A DNA stretch of 57,787 bases, counting the filler, from Bipalium vagum (lineage: Eukaryota): NCBI GenBank assembly GCA_037834085.1. It is 3 parts of 3 records of this genome, joined end to end, with 100 filler letters (N's around TTAATTAATTAA, not from the genome) between each part and the next. Parts side by side here need not be neighbours in the genome. Positions count along the whole stretch, not along the records: positions 1 to 15,745 come from JBBMKC010148527.1; 2 more parts are not named here. The stretch is one strand, 5' to 3'. Positions 1 to 12,769 of the stretch are shown here, one piece after another (position 1 is the stretch's first letter; each line of letters begins with the position of its first letter). A program made the translations under genes and the position numbers. Under the pieces are notes generated by a model. That model was not told where the DNA came from. It saw nothing but the letters and a program-made list of their open reading frames with translations, and did no database searches.

Positions 1-281
1 GTAGACAGGTTTCCACAACTTCAATAAAATTAAAATCAAAGTCGATGGCAAAACAGCAAAACATTGAAGACTTCAAAAGAAGTGACCAATGGTGCAATCG
101 CTTTATGCATAGATATTTGGCTTCGTATAAGAGCACTTACCTCAATTAGACATGGGTTGCCCATAAACTGGCAGGAAAAAGTTGAGGTTTTTAATCTTTT
201 TATTATTGACAAAATTGTTGGCAAAGAAAAAAATCAGATCGGAAACATGGACGTTCACTTAGTTTTGACATGCCTAGCAAT
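1..281 (+). mobile_element. pogo/Tigger-family transposase remnant (CENP-B-type HTH and start of DDE domain)
   Basis: Frameshifted translation reads 'IKLKSKSMAKQQNIEDFKRSDQWCNRFMHRY..IRALTSIRHGLPINWQEKV...QIGNMD(E)V-LSFDMPSN'. This matches the pogo F-K-x-S-x-x-W-x-x-R-F motif and the IGNMDExP motif. Confidence 0.75.
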
Positions 282-989
282 ATTTGTATTTTATTTTTCA
301 TTTTTTCCCTTTATTCTTTCACTTTATATATATAATATAATATATAATTTATATTATATAATTTCAGAAAACAAACCATGGAGTATCACCAGCCCGACAT
401 GAAGCCCAACAGAATTTCCATTCCCACATTCATGGTTCAGGAGGAAGAAAAGATAGATTATTTGCTAAAGAAAGTAGACCTAAATAAGCATATAACTTTA
501 GAGAAGAAAATTCAGTAATAGGAGAGAAAGGAGTAGAAATATTGAGAAATTGGTTTCGACAGAATTCCGGAGCTATGAAATGGTTCCCGGAAGTACAGGT
601 CATCCCAAACAGATTGAAAGGCCGAGGAACAGATAATCGGCAAATGATCTGCATTGAGAAAAGAATCCCGGCATTAGATTTAGTCTACCTCAATAGACGA
701 GGGCAGACAATCGATTTCTTGAGCACTGGAAAAGTACTGATAGTGAAAAAAGGCAAGAAATAAGAGCCGAAGAAGCGCAGTCATCGATTAACCTAAAAGG
801 AGAAGCGGATGTGGAGATCTATTTAATCCCAATCCGGCCTACCATCATTGAAATAATCAATCGAAAGAGAGAAGAATGGAACCCAGCCAGAAAAAACAAG
901 CCAGAATGGGACATTACCCCACCAGAAGCATGGATAAAGAAGCAACCATATGCCGATAGCAAATGGTTAGCATAACTTGATGAAGATCA

Positions 990-1475
990 AATAGTAATAT
1001 TGGACGTCAGATTAGGTGTACCAATGTTTATGAGTAGAATGATCCCATTAGGAGCAGCCTTGTCAGATAGAAGAGGAAATTTTTATTTTTGTTCCATAAT
1101 AACTCCTCGTGCCTATAGAGCAGATTATCGGGCAGTTGACCATGGGATAACTCAAAAAATAGCAGGTCAAATGAACGAAATTACAGCAAAGTTGGAGTTA
1201 AGCAAACTACTGGAGAGGAAAATAGTGATAGAGCATGAAGTCAAGAAGGCTCTGGAGGCAATTAGGATTGATAGAAGTTGGATAAGAGGGTATTTGAATC
1301 TTGCAACCTTACTCATACTGAAGAAGGACAAGTTAATAGCATTAAGAATAGATGGAACTGAATCATACATATGTTGGTGCAATATTATACAAACAAAAGA
1401 ATGACAGATAGAAGAGGATGTTTGGCACTAACCAGGAACGCATCTTTCATGCAAGGATATGGGCAAGTGTAGCTA
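990..1475 (+). pseudogene. degenerate DEDDh 3'-5' exonuclease domain (RNase T / REXO4 / ISG20-like)
   Basis: Translation 'IVILDV...AALSDRRGNFYFCSIITPRAYRADYRAVDHGITQKIAGQMNEITAKLELSKLLERKIVIEHEVKKALEAIRI...WH*PGT..SFM..Y' follows the REX4/ISG20 pattern (VALDCE..VSIVN..G..LYD.YVKP...VTDYRT.VSGI....L.GRILVGH....DL..L...H....DA...M.LY). Several catalytic residues are lost, and there are stops and frameshifts. Confidence 0.65.
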
Positions 1476-2455
1476 ATAGATGCATAGAAGAATTATAAAT
1501 AGAAAGAAAGAAGGAAATGACACAGAAGACAGAAGAAAAGAAGCCAGAATTGGAAAAAATTAGAGTGAGTAAAAATTAAGCAATAAAAATCATCGGGGAA
1601 CATCCAATAGGGAAGCTAGTAACGAGACCGACAACCAGCAGAATGACGGAAGAACCTAATCGGGAAGTACCGGAATTATCAGACGAAGAACTCCAGTTGC
1701 AAGAAGAAGTAATAAATCTGGATACAACAAGCAATGAGGACGATTCCGAAGATAATAGTGAATAGGAATAAAAAGGAGAAGAATTATCAAGAAAATTCAA
1801 AGAATTCAGGTTTAAATCACCCCCAGTGGATCTAGATGTCAGCAGGGAAGAATTTGAAGTAATGATACCGAGGGAAGAACACGAAAGGAGACAGCAAGAA
1901 AAAGAGAAAAAGAAAGAAACCGAAGTAAAAGTGGTGGTAACAGACTTTAAACACAAGGTAGTAATAAACAAGTCACCATAGAACACAAGGGGAAGAAAAG
2001 AAGATAAGCTGGAAGATGAGGAAGTCGTAGTGTTAACCGAGAACATAGACCTATCAGTGAAAACTACAGAAGAAGAGGAAGAAAGTGAGGAATCAGGAAA
2101 CTCCAGTAGAGAGAAGGAACAAAGAACGGGATTGCGGTTAACATCATCATTAGCCGATATCCATGAAATGAGTAAAACTAATGGATGGTTTTGGAAGGAA
2201 ATAGTGTTGGAGTCAAAGAAGACAGGGCAGGAACTAGTTTTAATTAATGATAGGAAGAGGAATTCGACAATGAACCAATGAATAACGGGAAAGATGTAAT
2301 GTAACCGGGCTAGAGCCACGAAGAAGAAGAGTGGATAAGAAATAACAATTACTTGTATCTGCAAACAATTTTTTTTTATTTTAATAAAGTTTTTGCATTT
2401 GGTTGATTAATATTATCAAATTCAAAGGATCGAATTTTTTTAAATAGGGAGTGTT

Positions 2456-3231
2456 TGTTAGGTTTACCCAAGACACCCCGGGGGAAATATAACCAAGGTT
2501 CATCATAAAAAGGGTATAGATGTTAATAATAATATTAATATTAATAATTAAATTTAATTAAAACTTGAAAATAAATTTAAAATTCTCAGATATTTTTATT
2601 TTGAAAATACTTAGGACATAAAACAACCTTCCAAAAGTAATTTTTATTTTTAAAGAAGTCCTCAGAGAACGTACGAAATAAATTAAAGATTTTTTTTAAA
2701 GACAAAGATATTTGATCGAGAAAACCAAGATTTTGGCCGTTAATATTCAAGAATATTCAGATTTTTATTGGACTATGCTTAAAATTCCCCACCAGAGGGT
2801 TACCGGTAAGCAACCGTTAGGGCTCAGACGATAACTCGGGAGTTTTGACAGAAAATAAATTGTAAGAACTTTCTATTTTCTTTTAACTTAATTTTTTTTG
2901 TAAAAGTAATTATTCATTTAGTATACAAGTAATATTTTGTTTTAATTGAACTTTAATATTTTGTTTTAATTAAAATTTGATTATAATTGATTAGACATTA
3001 CGTTTAATTCATTCTTTATATTTATTGTTATTGGGTTGTATTGTGTTTTGATAAGTGGAAGGTTTGTGAAACATTTCAGACATTAATTGTGATCCCAGAC
3101 TTGATTATCTTTCTGTATTTTTTTGATTGTGTGATATAAATAAAATTGTTGCTTTACTGATTGTTATTATTTGCACCACCTAAGAGTTGGAGCCAGGTTT
3201 AAATTTAATACACTAAATAGTGAACACAACA
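2456..3231 (+). repeat. LTR (3' LTR, about 776 bp)
   Basis: Starts TGTTAGGTTTACCCAAGACACC and ends CACAACA (TGTT/AACA terminal inverted repeat). Preceded by a PPT. Colinear with 46790-47638. Confidence 0.75.
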
Positions 3232-3515
3232 ATTAATTTTTTTTCTATTAATCTATTCTGTTAATCTAAAAATTGATCTGAAAATCAATCATGCATAAAC
3301 AATTTTCATTAGACAATATATAAAAATTTAAGAGACGTTTATCTTATTTAGTTTTAGATTGTTTATTTCATTGATTATCTCATACACGGAAAACCAAATA
3401 TTAAAAAATTTAGCTATTCAATAGAAAATAATCAAGGGAAGTAATGAACAAATCAATCAATACACATTGGGGCCTTCTTTATTAGATAAATAATTCTAAG
3501 TATAATCTAATTATT

Positions 3516-3552
3516 TGTTGGGTTTACCAAGACACCCCCACGGGGAAAAATA
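3516..3552 (+). repeat. truncated 5' end of the same LTR family
   Basis: TGTTGGGTTTACCAAGACACCCCCACGGGGAAA matches the first ~35 nt of the LTRs at 2456 and 46790. Confidence 0.7.
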
Positions 3553-4154
3553 AATAATAAAAACTATAAATAATGTATAAATAATATATTATAAATAATA
3601 ATAATATTATTATGATTATTATTAATAAATTATCAAATTAAATAATGGAGAGAATACTCTTTTCTTTCGTTTCAATAATTTGAAAGAATTTGTCTTATTT
3701 TTCGTGCAAGAAATATATTTTTATTTATTTATTAATTTAAATTATTATGTGTATGAGGAAATATTTTATTTTTTGGTAAATTTATAATATTTTAAAATTT
3801 ATTATTAATTTTAATATTATTTTTATTATGTTTATTTTTTTATTATAAAGAATAAAAGACCAGAATAAGAACTTTTTTAAAATAAGTAAGTAAAAAATTT
3901 TATTGAATATTTAAAAATTAATACCAAATTTTAAATCGTATATAAAAATCTAATTTGCAAATTCTTTATACATATAATTTAATATATATTTATAATATAA
4001 AATTTATTAATTTTATAAATAAATAATATTATAGAGTAATGAAATGAAATAATTGTGATTTGATAAATAAAAAATTGTTTGAATATTCACTTTTGTAATT
4101 GAAGAAAGAAATATTGATTCATTTAAATATATTGATTATCATATTTATCATTAT

Positions 4155-4530
4155 TGTGAGGATTATTAATAATATTAAAACATCAATTCAATATTATTTG
4201 TTGTTTAAATAATACGGTTGTAGGCATATACGTTGTTTTGAATGCATTTTGAAAGCGTGTTTATTTTTATGATTCCATACATCAAAAATTAAGTTGTCAT
4301 AGCTGACGTGGCGACCACTCCAGGACACCAACCAGCGAACGAGGTCTCAAAAGTGAAAATGAAAAGTAAAGGAATAGAAAATTGAAGTATGAGACTTGAG
4401 GCGGTTAAGGGGTTTGATGTGAACTTTAAAAAGAGGGGGATGTGAGATAAATTTAAAATTAGTCGGGGGATGTATCTCAGCGGTCCATGCGCATGTGAAG
4501 GCTCCCGAATTTGAATCCCGGTATCTCCGA
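4155..4530 (+). mobile_element. TRIM-like non-autonomous LTR element remnant (PBS, short internal region, PPT, TG)
   Basis: An 18-nt PBS TGGCGACCACTCCAGGAC at 4309-4326 has reverse complement GTCCTGGAGTGGTCG-CCA, a tRNA-Arg-like 3' end. PPT AAAAAGAGGGGGA at 4428-4440 is followed immediately by TGTGAG. A second TGTGAG at 4155 may be the 5' LTR start, but LTR-LTR similarity is weak. Confidence 0.5.
4466..4529 (+). pseudogene. tRNA-Ala-derived sequence (pseudo-tRNA or SINE head)
   Basis: GGGGATGTATCTCAGCGGT...GCATGTGAAGG..CCCGAATTTGAATCCCGGTATCTCC. The acceptor stem GGGGATG/TATCTCC includes the G3:U70 Ala identity pair. A and B boxes are degenerate and the D/anticodon region is partly deleted. 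Confidence 0.65.
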
Positions 4531-5249
4531 TTAATTTTCAAACTAACAATTATCATTACTTAATAATATTTTTAATATAAAAAGAGGTTCCAGAAATGAG
4601 TTTGGATGACTTTTTTAAATAAAGAACTCGCCCCTAATTTAACGATTATTAAACTTCTACAATTTAAAGTTCTTAAAAATTATTAAAATTGTTATAACTT
4701 ACAGTTTTAATGGTTATTAAATATTAATAGGAAAAATTTTAATGTATAAATTGTAAATAAAAATGGATCACATATTTGAGATTTTTTTATTAATTAAATA
4801 ATATAAATAATAACAAAAAAAGATGAGATCATTTTTTGAACATTTTGTTTGAATAATCTAAATTACAAACTTATATTATTTGCACTTTTCATATTGGTTG
4901 AAATGATATCACAAAAATATAACTATTAATTTTTATTATTATTTTATATTATTAATATTTCATCTTTTATATTTTTATTTTTTATATTATTTAATATTTA
5001 AATAAAATAAAACGTAATGGAATAAAGAGTAAATATTAAAGGAATATTTTTCAATTAATTCTATTAATTTCGTTCCTTCAAAATAATTCATTTTCCTTGA
5101 AATGTAAAATTTTTTTTAAAATTTCTTTTTTTTAACATTTTTTTCTTTATATTTCATACAAAATATATTGATGTAAATATTTGAATATTTTTCATTTTAC
5201 ATTATATATAAAAAGATTTTAAGAAAATGAGCTGGAAAAAAATAAATAA

Positions 5250-5610
5250 TGCTTTACAAATGAACATAGAGTTCCTATGAGTTTTTCTCTCTTTATACAT
5301 TTTGCCCATTCACGCCAGATTAGATAAACAAAATAATACTTATATGGAAATCTCCTACCGTTTTTGTCATTATTATAGTTCCTGGCTTATATTTGAAAAT
5401 AATGGAATAATCTTTTGAAATTTTTACATGTATCATTATTTATATTTAATGAACAGATTTGTAGAGAGGAGTGTATGTTATAAATATAAATATATAAATT
5501 CTGTTCTAAATAATTATTAATTCGGATTACATTATGTATAAATTTTTATTTTATTGATTTATCGCTCGGAACAATTTTACCATAAGCGTCCATGAGCATT
5601 CCATGAGCTT
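5250..5610 (-). mobile_element. Merlin/IS1595(ISXO2)-like transposase remnant
   Basis: Minus-strand fragments 'GKIVPSDKS', 'KPGTIIMT' and 'SGVNGQNV' resemble the Merlin motifs GKIVQIDES, IxPGTxIxTD and GxHTQxIE. Confidence 0.4.
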
Positions 5611-7926
5611 CAGGTACTGTCTTTTTTCAAATGGAATGAGAAAATGAGCACTTCGCGAAAATGTGTTCAAATTTTTACATTTCGAATTGAGTTAAACAAA
5701 ATGTTATAGTTACAATTCTAAAATATTTATTACCAAAACATTATTAAAATGTTTCTAAGGTAAAAAATATCTAAATCTGAAGATTTATGACTTAATGAAT
5801 ATTCAATAATTAATTGACATAAAAATGGATCGAATTAATTAATACATCTTATACTTTTATTTTTGTCTTTTTCTGAACTCAATTCTGACTTTAATATTAA
5901 ATAAATGGTAAAATTATTTATATTTCAACAATTTTCTTCTATATAAGGAATATATAAAAATATATAATATAATTTAAGGATACCTGAAAATTGTTAGATT
6001 TTATTAAGAATACTTGTCAATTCGTTTGGAAGAAATATATAAAATAATAAAAGCTGTAAAATATAATCAGATTTTTAATAATTTATTTCTTTATTTTTTA
6101 TATAAAATAAAATAATTTTATTCCAAATAGAAAAAATAGTTCCATTATTTTAATTATTGGAATGGAATTATTTTATATTTAAAAATTGTTTTATTATTTT
6201 ATTGATAATATTTTCTATTTTCCTAATTATAAATCCCAGGCACCGTTCTAAGATAATCGAAAAACAATAAAATTACTCCGTATTTTTTTATTTTGAGATA
6301 ATTAATTATTTTTGAACAAAGTCAAAATTCAAGAAATTGTTTTCATTTGAGTAAGTCAAGTTTTATCATTAACAAATACATTAATCGATATAATAAATAT
6401 TTAAAAAACGATAGACTCATTCTCACATCCTAATCAATGACTGGCACTTCCATTTATGGTTGCCATAGGAACATATTTAATTAATGGTCTTGGGCTTGTT
6501 TTTCACTTAAATGTTAAAATTCTCAACCAATTGCCTATGAGCTTCTAAATTTAGCTTTCATTGAGCATGTAATAACAAGCGAATTTCCTTATTGGGTTCA
6601 ATGATAAATAATATTGCCAAGTTCTTTTTAAAAAAGTACACATTCTAAAGAACGACATTATAAAACGTGTTGATTACGTTAAATAGTTGGAATTACTCAG
6701 AATTTTTTACTGTTTCTCTGAGTTGTCAAAGTTAACGTATTTTACAATAAAATATTCTCATCCTTGTCTGTGTAACAATTTTTTGGTTATTTAATTGAAA
6801 CAAAACCAGAGTAAAGGAGAATATTATTTAAAAATGCAACATTAAAGGAGGTACGAAGTTCAGAATCCAATAACCTTTATGAACTTAAATTAGATCTTTA
6901 GGACTTTTCACTTTTGTAATTAAAATTATGAGACCTGAATATTAAGCCAGTATATATTGATCTACAGTGTTATTATTAATTATTGATAATATGTAACTCT
7001 TAATTAATTAAAATTCATAATTTAATTACTAATTTTTTAACAAAATAATATTATTAATATTATAAAAAAATTATTAAAATAAAACTTTAAAATTAAAAAA
7101 TGCCCTTTATTGAAGTGCATATAAATTTAAAAATTGTAAATGGAATTTTTTGTTTAAATTAATTAAAACTTGGATCAATTTTCAAACGACATCTTTGCAT
7201 GATATTCCGATTAGACGTTTGATTATAATAAAAATTGTATTACTGAATATTTGAAACGTCCTTCACAAACGATAATAATATTCACGTATTTACAAATGAC
7301 GAAATAAATATTCCGAGGAAACGAAACCATTCTCCCAAAATCATTCGTCCTCGTTTCCCTGAAAAATGATGTCAAAATAAATTAATTAAAAAAATGTGAC
7401 TTCACGATTTCATAATCGCTCTAATTGATCCATAGACAACTCCATTTTATTTTATCATTAATGGCGGCAATTTAACATAAAATTTTTTTTTCATTACTAC
7501 ATTTTATTATATTTTTGAAAGGTGAACGAGTTACAAGTACAGCTCATTAATGTTCACAACTTATGTAGAAGATGGGTGGATTGTTTTAGTTAAATGAAAA
7601 AAGTCTTTAAAGAAAAGAATTTTGTTTTTATTTACTTTTTTATCGATTTTTAATTTTTATTAATTAAAACAAATTAATTAACTAAGTCAAATTCATTACA
7701 AGTGTGTATTATAAAGATGATCTTATCATATTATTGTTCTTTGAATGACTCATGTTCTTTTTCATTGGTTGTCGTAATGTTAGTGATTACTAGGTTATCA
7801 TTGATTTCGTTATCAGTTTAAAATTAATGAGCAACAGAACACAAAAGCTTATCCCACACCAATGGTTACCCTAATGTCTGGCATGTAACCAAAACATTGA
7901 TTATTCAAAACAAATGTGGTACATAT

Positions 7927-8800
7927 ACAGAATGTTTCAAAGTCACTATCTATTTCAAAATAAATAATACACATAATTAGATGTCCTCATGGCGACTGTC
8001 AGGTTATCTACATTGCTGGAAACGATTTTTAACTTCACGAAACACGTTTTCCATCATTCTCTATCTGCTAAGTTCTATCCGTAATTAGATTTTTAAGTTC
8101 ATCTATATTTTTAATTCTCTAACCATTGTACACCTTGGACAATGTGAATTCAAAGCCTTAAAATCTAAGGGTCTTATTTCTGGAGAGAGTGCAGTCTATA
8201 TTTGTCGATCAATTATATCACGGACAATTCAACGATTAAGGATTGTACAAATGACAGGGTGATCAATCCTACTGAAACAAAATTAGTCAAGAATGTCATC
8301 TGCAATTAGTAGTGTTTCCTCAAATTTTTGAAGCATCTATATCATCTGGAAAGAAATAAGGTCCATACACTTTCCGTTTTGACATCCCCAGTTAAAAATT
8401 TACTTTCAGTGAATCTCTAATATATTCAAGAAATTCAATTGGCTTTTTCAATTCCCCAAATCCAACAATTGTGACAATTAAATTTGCCTCTTTAATTTGA
8501 TCTATCAGGTCTGCTCACATGTGCACTCTAAGAATATTCATCTTCTTGTAAATGAGGAAAAACTTTAAAATGATAGGTTTTGATTTCAAAATAGTTCACA
8601 GAATTCTACAGACTGGTACAAATGAAATATCTAACAAATTTCTCGCCTGACGAACCGAAAAAGTTCTTGCTCAAAGTTATCTTATCATTTGACTTCTTTC
8701 ATCAGATTTCCTTGGACATCCACCTCTGACATCATCATGAACAGATCCAGTTTCCTATTCTCAGCGAGCATTTAATTTTACAAAATGATTCTGATCAAAT
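7927..8800 (-). mobile_element. Tc1/mariner-superfamily transposase remnant
   Basis: Minus-strand broken motifs include an FQQDG-like segment and 'LSPEIRPLD', matching SPDLTPLD. A CAG(A/G)..TGTTTCAAA-type terminal repeat lies at about 7928. Confidence 0.6.
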
Positions 8801-8829
8801 TTGTGATCTCATTTCTAAGCTTAAAATTA

Positions 8830-10450
8830 AATCTAGTTCCCCGTCAAATGTTTCATTCTTTGATGAAGTCTTTGATATTTCTGATAGGCGTCATTCATCT
8901 GAAAGATGATCTGATTTCTTGCTTTTTTTTGGTAAAATCAATATGCTGAGCTTATCCAAGTCCAATGAGAAACTGGGTCATTTTCTGCGAATGGATAACT
9001 ATCTAATTAAGTCAGTTTTGATCATTTTTCATCTGAACTATATCTTCTAGAAAAATTAACTTGCCGGAAATTTTTAGAACACCGATTACGCAATGGATTA
9101 TATTTGTAATATGGGATTAATTTTCTCGATTAAGTCATTAGATAATCTTAAATCTCTTTCGTTGAACGGTTTTGTATCACTGGGTAAAGAAATTGTGTGC
9201 AAATTTTAAAAAAAATCAACACTTTATTTATGAATCTCATTTCTATCATCTTAATTTGTAATTTTTGACTTTCTTTTCATCTATTTTCTTCTTTACTACC
9301 ATTAACATTTCTATTGGTTTTTGGATTGTCTTTGGCTTTGATCTATTTGTTTGCCAGTCATTGGCTCATTACTCAGCCTTATCTGTTGGATCTTTATTAC
9401 GATTTTTTTCCAATTTATTTCTTATTTGTTTGCGTTTCACTCCTTTTACTCTTAATGTTACTACCAATACTCGTTTTCCGTGTTCAATTTCCATAAATGG
9501 ATCTAAAACAAGAACAATCAATAACAATATTTACCTTCTTGATTTATTACATGGGGTTTTGAAAAGGTTTTCATGCTATTTTTTGTATTTTTAATATACT
9601 TTAAAAAAAATTACTCAAATCAACGGGGATTTTCTAAGGACGTCTTTGGATCATTTAATTATACTAATATTGAATAAGATGTAAGTTTGGATGTGTTTAT
9701 AATTAATTACCTTTGGATATTGCGTCTTATTTCCCTTTATGTTATTGGTAATGCATTTTTTAGTTTAGTTTAAATCATTCTATTTAATGTTACAATATAT
9801 GGTACATCAAAATAAATTCTCTTCGTAAATTTGATTAGTTGCTGATATGTTGACAACATCTTTAAGTTATTTGTCTTCTGCTTTTATTTTTTTAAACAGC
9901 CCAGGCTAAGTTATGGATATCCTGGCATTGACAACATGGCTTATGTCCTATAGAGATCAAATATAAGGAATCATAATCTATAGGGACATTTTCTGTGTGT
10001 CAATCAGAAATCAACCTAGTTCCCTGGTCAATCCTCGGTCCAGACCAACATGGGGATATCATCAGGTTCCCGAGACTAATTATTTATCACAATGGTATTC
10101 AACTACATGGTAACTCATATGGATAATTAGTAATTCTCCTGGAAAAGACCTAGTTCCTTGATCATCATCAGTCGGCTTTGGTTCACCATTATCCAGTCAC
10201 TGATCTCTAATCCATTGTATGATGGGATTCATGGATGGATCAGACGCAGGTCTATCCGTGTCGCATCTCGTTTTGAAGATGCAACTGCTTTGATTGAGGG
10301 TTCAGGTATCTTTGAGGCCTGGTTTCAGAAGTGATGAAAGTCCCTCGTCCTCATTCATTTGTAAAATGAGAATAATGGATGGTAAATTCACAAGCCTTCT
10401 TTTTCTTTCCAACTGTATTGGTTAAGACTTTCTTGAATTGGTTTTTTAAG
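8830..10450 (-). mobile_element. degenerate Gypsy pol-like fragments
   Basis: Minus-strand fragment 'HTISLPSDTKPFNERDLRLSNDLIEKI' resembles the protease-RT linker, and 'DPSMNPIIQWI' resembles the pre-integrase region. There are many stops, and these are probably two different elements. Confidence 0.35.
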
Positions 10451-12769
10451 AGATAAAAACAATGTACCCTCACAAGCAAACGAATACGTTCACAGCATTC
10501 CAATTAAAATAAAGGCAGTCAATTAATAATTACATCATTCATAAAAAAGTCCATCCTTTAAGAAAACAGGCCATGTGTTGTATGAAATAATAATTAATTA
10601 TAAGTTCCATTACATTGTGTGCACTATAAGTGATGCAAAGCACACCTATTATCGCAGTATTTGAACACATTACTGGTAGATAAAAAGAGAAAGCATATCA
10701 ATTATGCACCCAAACCATGTAATTACACACAGCAGTCTAACTAACAATTTTAAATCTTTTAATGGAAAAAACAACCAGCAACTTAATAATCACCAATCAT
10801 TTCATTTTTCTGAATTATATAACATTATTTAGTATAATCTGAGGATTATCTTTAAGACTTTACGGTATTATATTTCCTGATATTAATTACGCAAAGTAAT
10901 TTTAAACTTTCTTTCTTTAAACGTTAAAAAACATTTTATTAAACAATAAAAATTTTTAATAAAATCCCGATGAGTTATTACTTTTAATTCTTTTATTCTG
11001 CAGAATGTTGGAAACCTCATTATGTTAACTCTCTACATAAATTCGTGAAGATTCATTTTTCAAATGTCTTTCTTCAGTGATAGTGAATCAAAACTTCACC
11101 AAAGATTAACTTTTCTTTCATAGGTTGCCTGATATAAGTCCCTTGATCGTTATCCTAATTCTATTTGTCTTATTTGGTCAGGCATTCCAAACCATAATAG
11201 TTTTAATTAATTAATGGTATAAGATCAATAAATATTTCAATTTCTAGTGACGGTTAAGTTCCTCTCACCTTCATTACATTACCACTGTTCAAGATATTTT
11301 CTAGAGAATCCAAATTATTTGGGAGGATAATGTCAGATTGATGAAAGCTCATTTGAGCAGAAGGCAAAATATCTCCGAGGATGGGTAATGGTTGACCAAA
11401 CCTGAGTATGTAGTATTGCTGATACTGGATCTAATCCACCGAAAATATATAAGATGATTGTTGTCAGCATCAACTCTACTGCATATATTAATACGAGTAT
11501 GCGAAAACGGTACTATTATTGTTAGTGATCAAGAGAGGGCTTATAATAATGTTTAAAAGTGTGATTATAACAATTTAATTTTAACCATAGTTTAAATTTT
11601 GTGGATTCCTCACACAAAGGCTAACTCTCAAGCAACAGAATCCTATTGGGCCAAGTCAAAGTACTGAAAAAAGATTAAGAAAGGTGTATAATGTGATAAT
11701 CTAGATGGATCTGGAAGGACATTATCCTTAATGATAATTAGGAAATTTTGATTGGTTTGTTAAAAATATATGGTTTTTATTTATATCTTTGTTGTTCTTA
11801 TTTATATTTTAAAAATATAAAAAGGAAAATATTCAAAAATGAGGTGGAGAAAAGGTATATGATTAAATAACACCGAAAAATATATTTTCCAAAAAATATA
11901 ATCAATATTATTTTAAAATGTGACTTGTTTTAAGCATTTAAAATATAATTAAAAAGAATTCCGCGAAAAAAGACAAGTATCAGATTTTTCTAGCAATAGC
12001 CAAAACAACATTTTCTCCCGTTTTTGGTGAATTTAATTTACTTAATATTATTTTTATTAAATATAAATATATGTGGAATATTTCTCCCTTTTCCGTCACG
12101 GATTATTTTCCCTTTTCCAGGCTGACTTTTTTTTTACGACCTGGGTTTCAGCAGTGGAGTAAAATAAATCTCAACCGGGAAGTGTCAAGCGGTGTTAGAG
12201 GATATCAACAAATTTCCCTGTGATAATATCACTGTACGGTTTGACTGGTATTTTCCGAGGAAAACATGTTAAATAAATAAAATATTGACAGAGAATTATT
12301 GATTTTACAGTGATTTTATAACTGATTCCGTATTGCTCATTTCTTCTAGGATCTCCTCAGTTTCTTGAGGGAGTTTGATCGACCCTGGTGATTATTAGAA
12401 TGATAAAGAGGGAGAAATTAAATTGAGGTTAATTTCATATATGTTTGTATTATCCGATAGAGATTTGCGTCCTCCCCTTGTTGAAAGACTAATCTAAAAG
12501 GAGATTACCTAACTAAATTGATTTCATGATTTAATTTAATTTGGGAGATGATTACATGTGAAACAATTATTAATTGTGTTACAAATATCCGTGGTACGAA
12601 GTCCATTCAGAAATGTCTTAAACTAAGTAAGAAACATTTAAACTTGAAAAGGAAACTCTTGTTTTACGGGTTGTACTTTTGCAATTAATTTGAAAAATTA
12701 AAAAAGAAACCGTATGTTCATAATTACATTTGGTACATTTTTTTTAGATCTTAAGAATGTCAAATTGTA

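Larger units (their letters stand above)
379..3231 (+). mobile_element. 3' part of a degenerate Ty3/Gypsy-type LTR retroelement: purine-rich accessory ORFs, PPT and 3' LTR
   Basis: Intronless, strongly A/G-skewed broken ORFs occupy 379-2340. They are followed by TTCAAAGGATCGAATTTTTTTAAATAGGGAGTG, a Gypsy-like pre-LTR signature with PPT (2421-2453), and then a TG...CA bounded repeat (2456-3231) that recurs at 46790. Confidence 0.65.

Noticed and set aside
1576-2364. 262-aa minus-strand ORF rich in Ser/Leu/Phe
   Set aside because: It is the antisense shadow of a purine-rich plus strand, which has few stops on the complementary strand, and it has no protein-like features.
10010-10180. Two CTGATGA motifs on the minus strand as hammerhead ribozyme cores
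   Set aside because: No properly placed GAAA or supporting stems I-III could be found.
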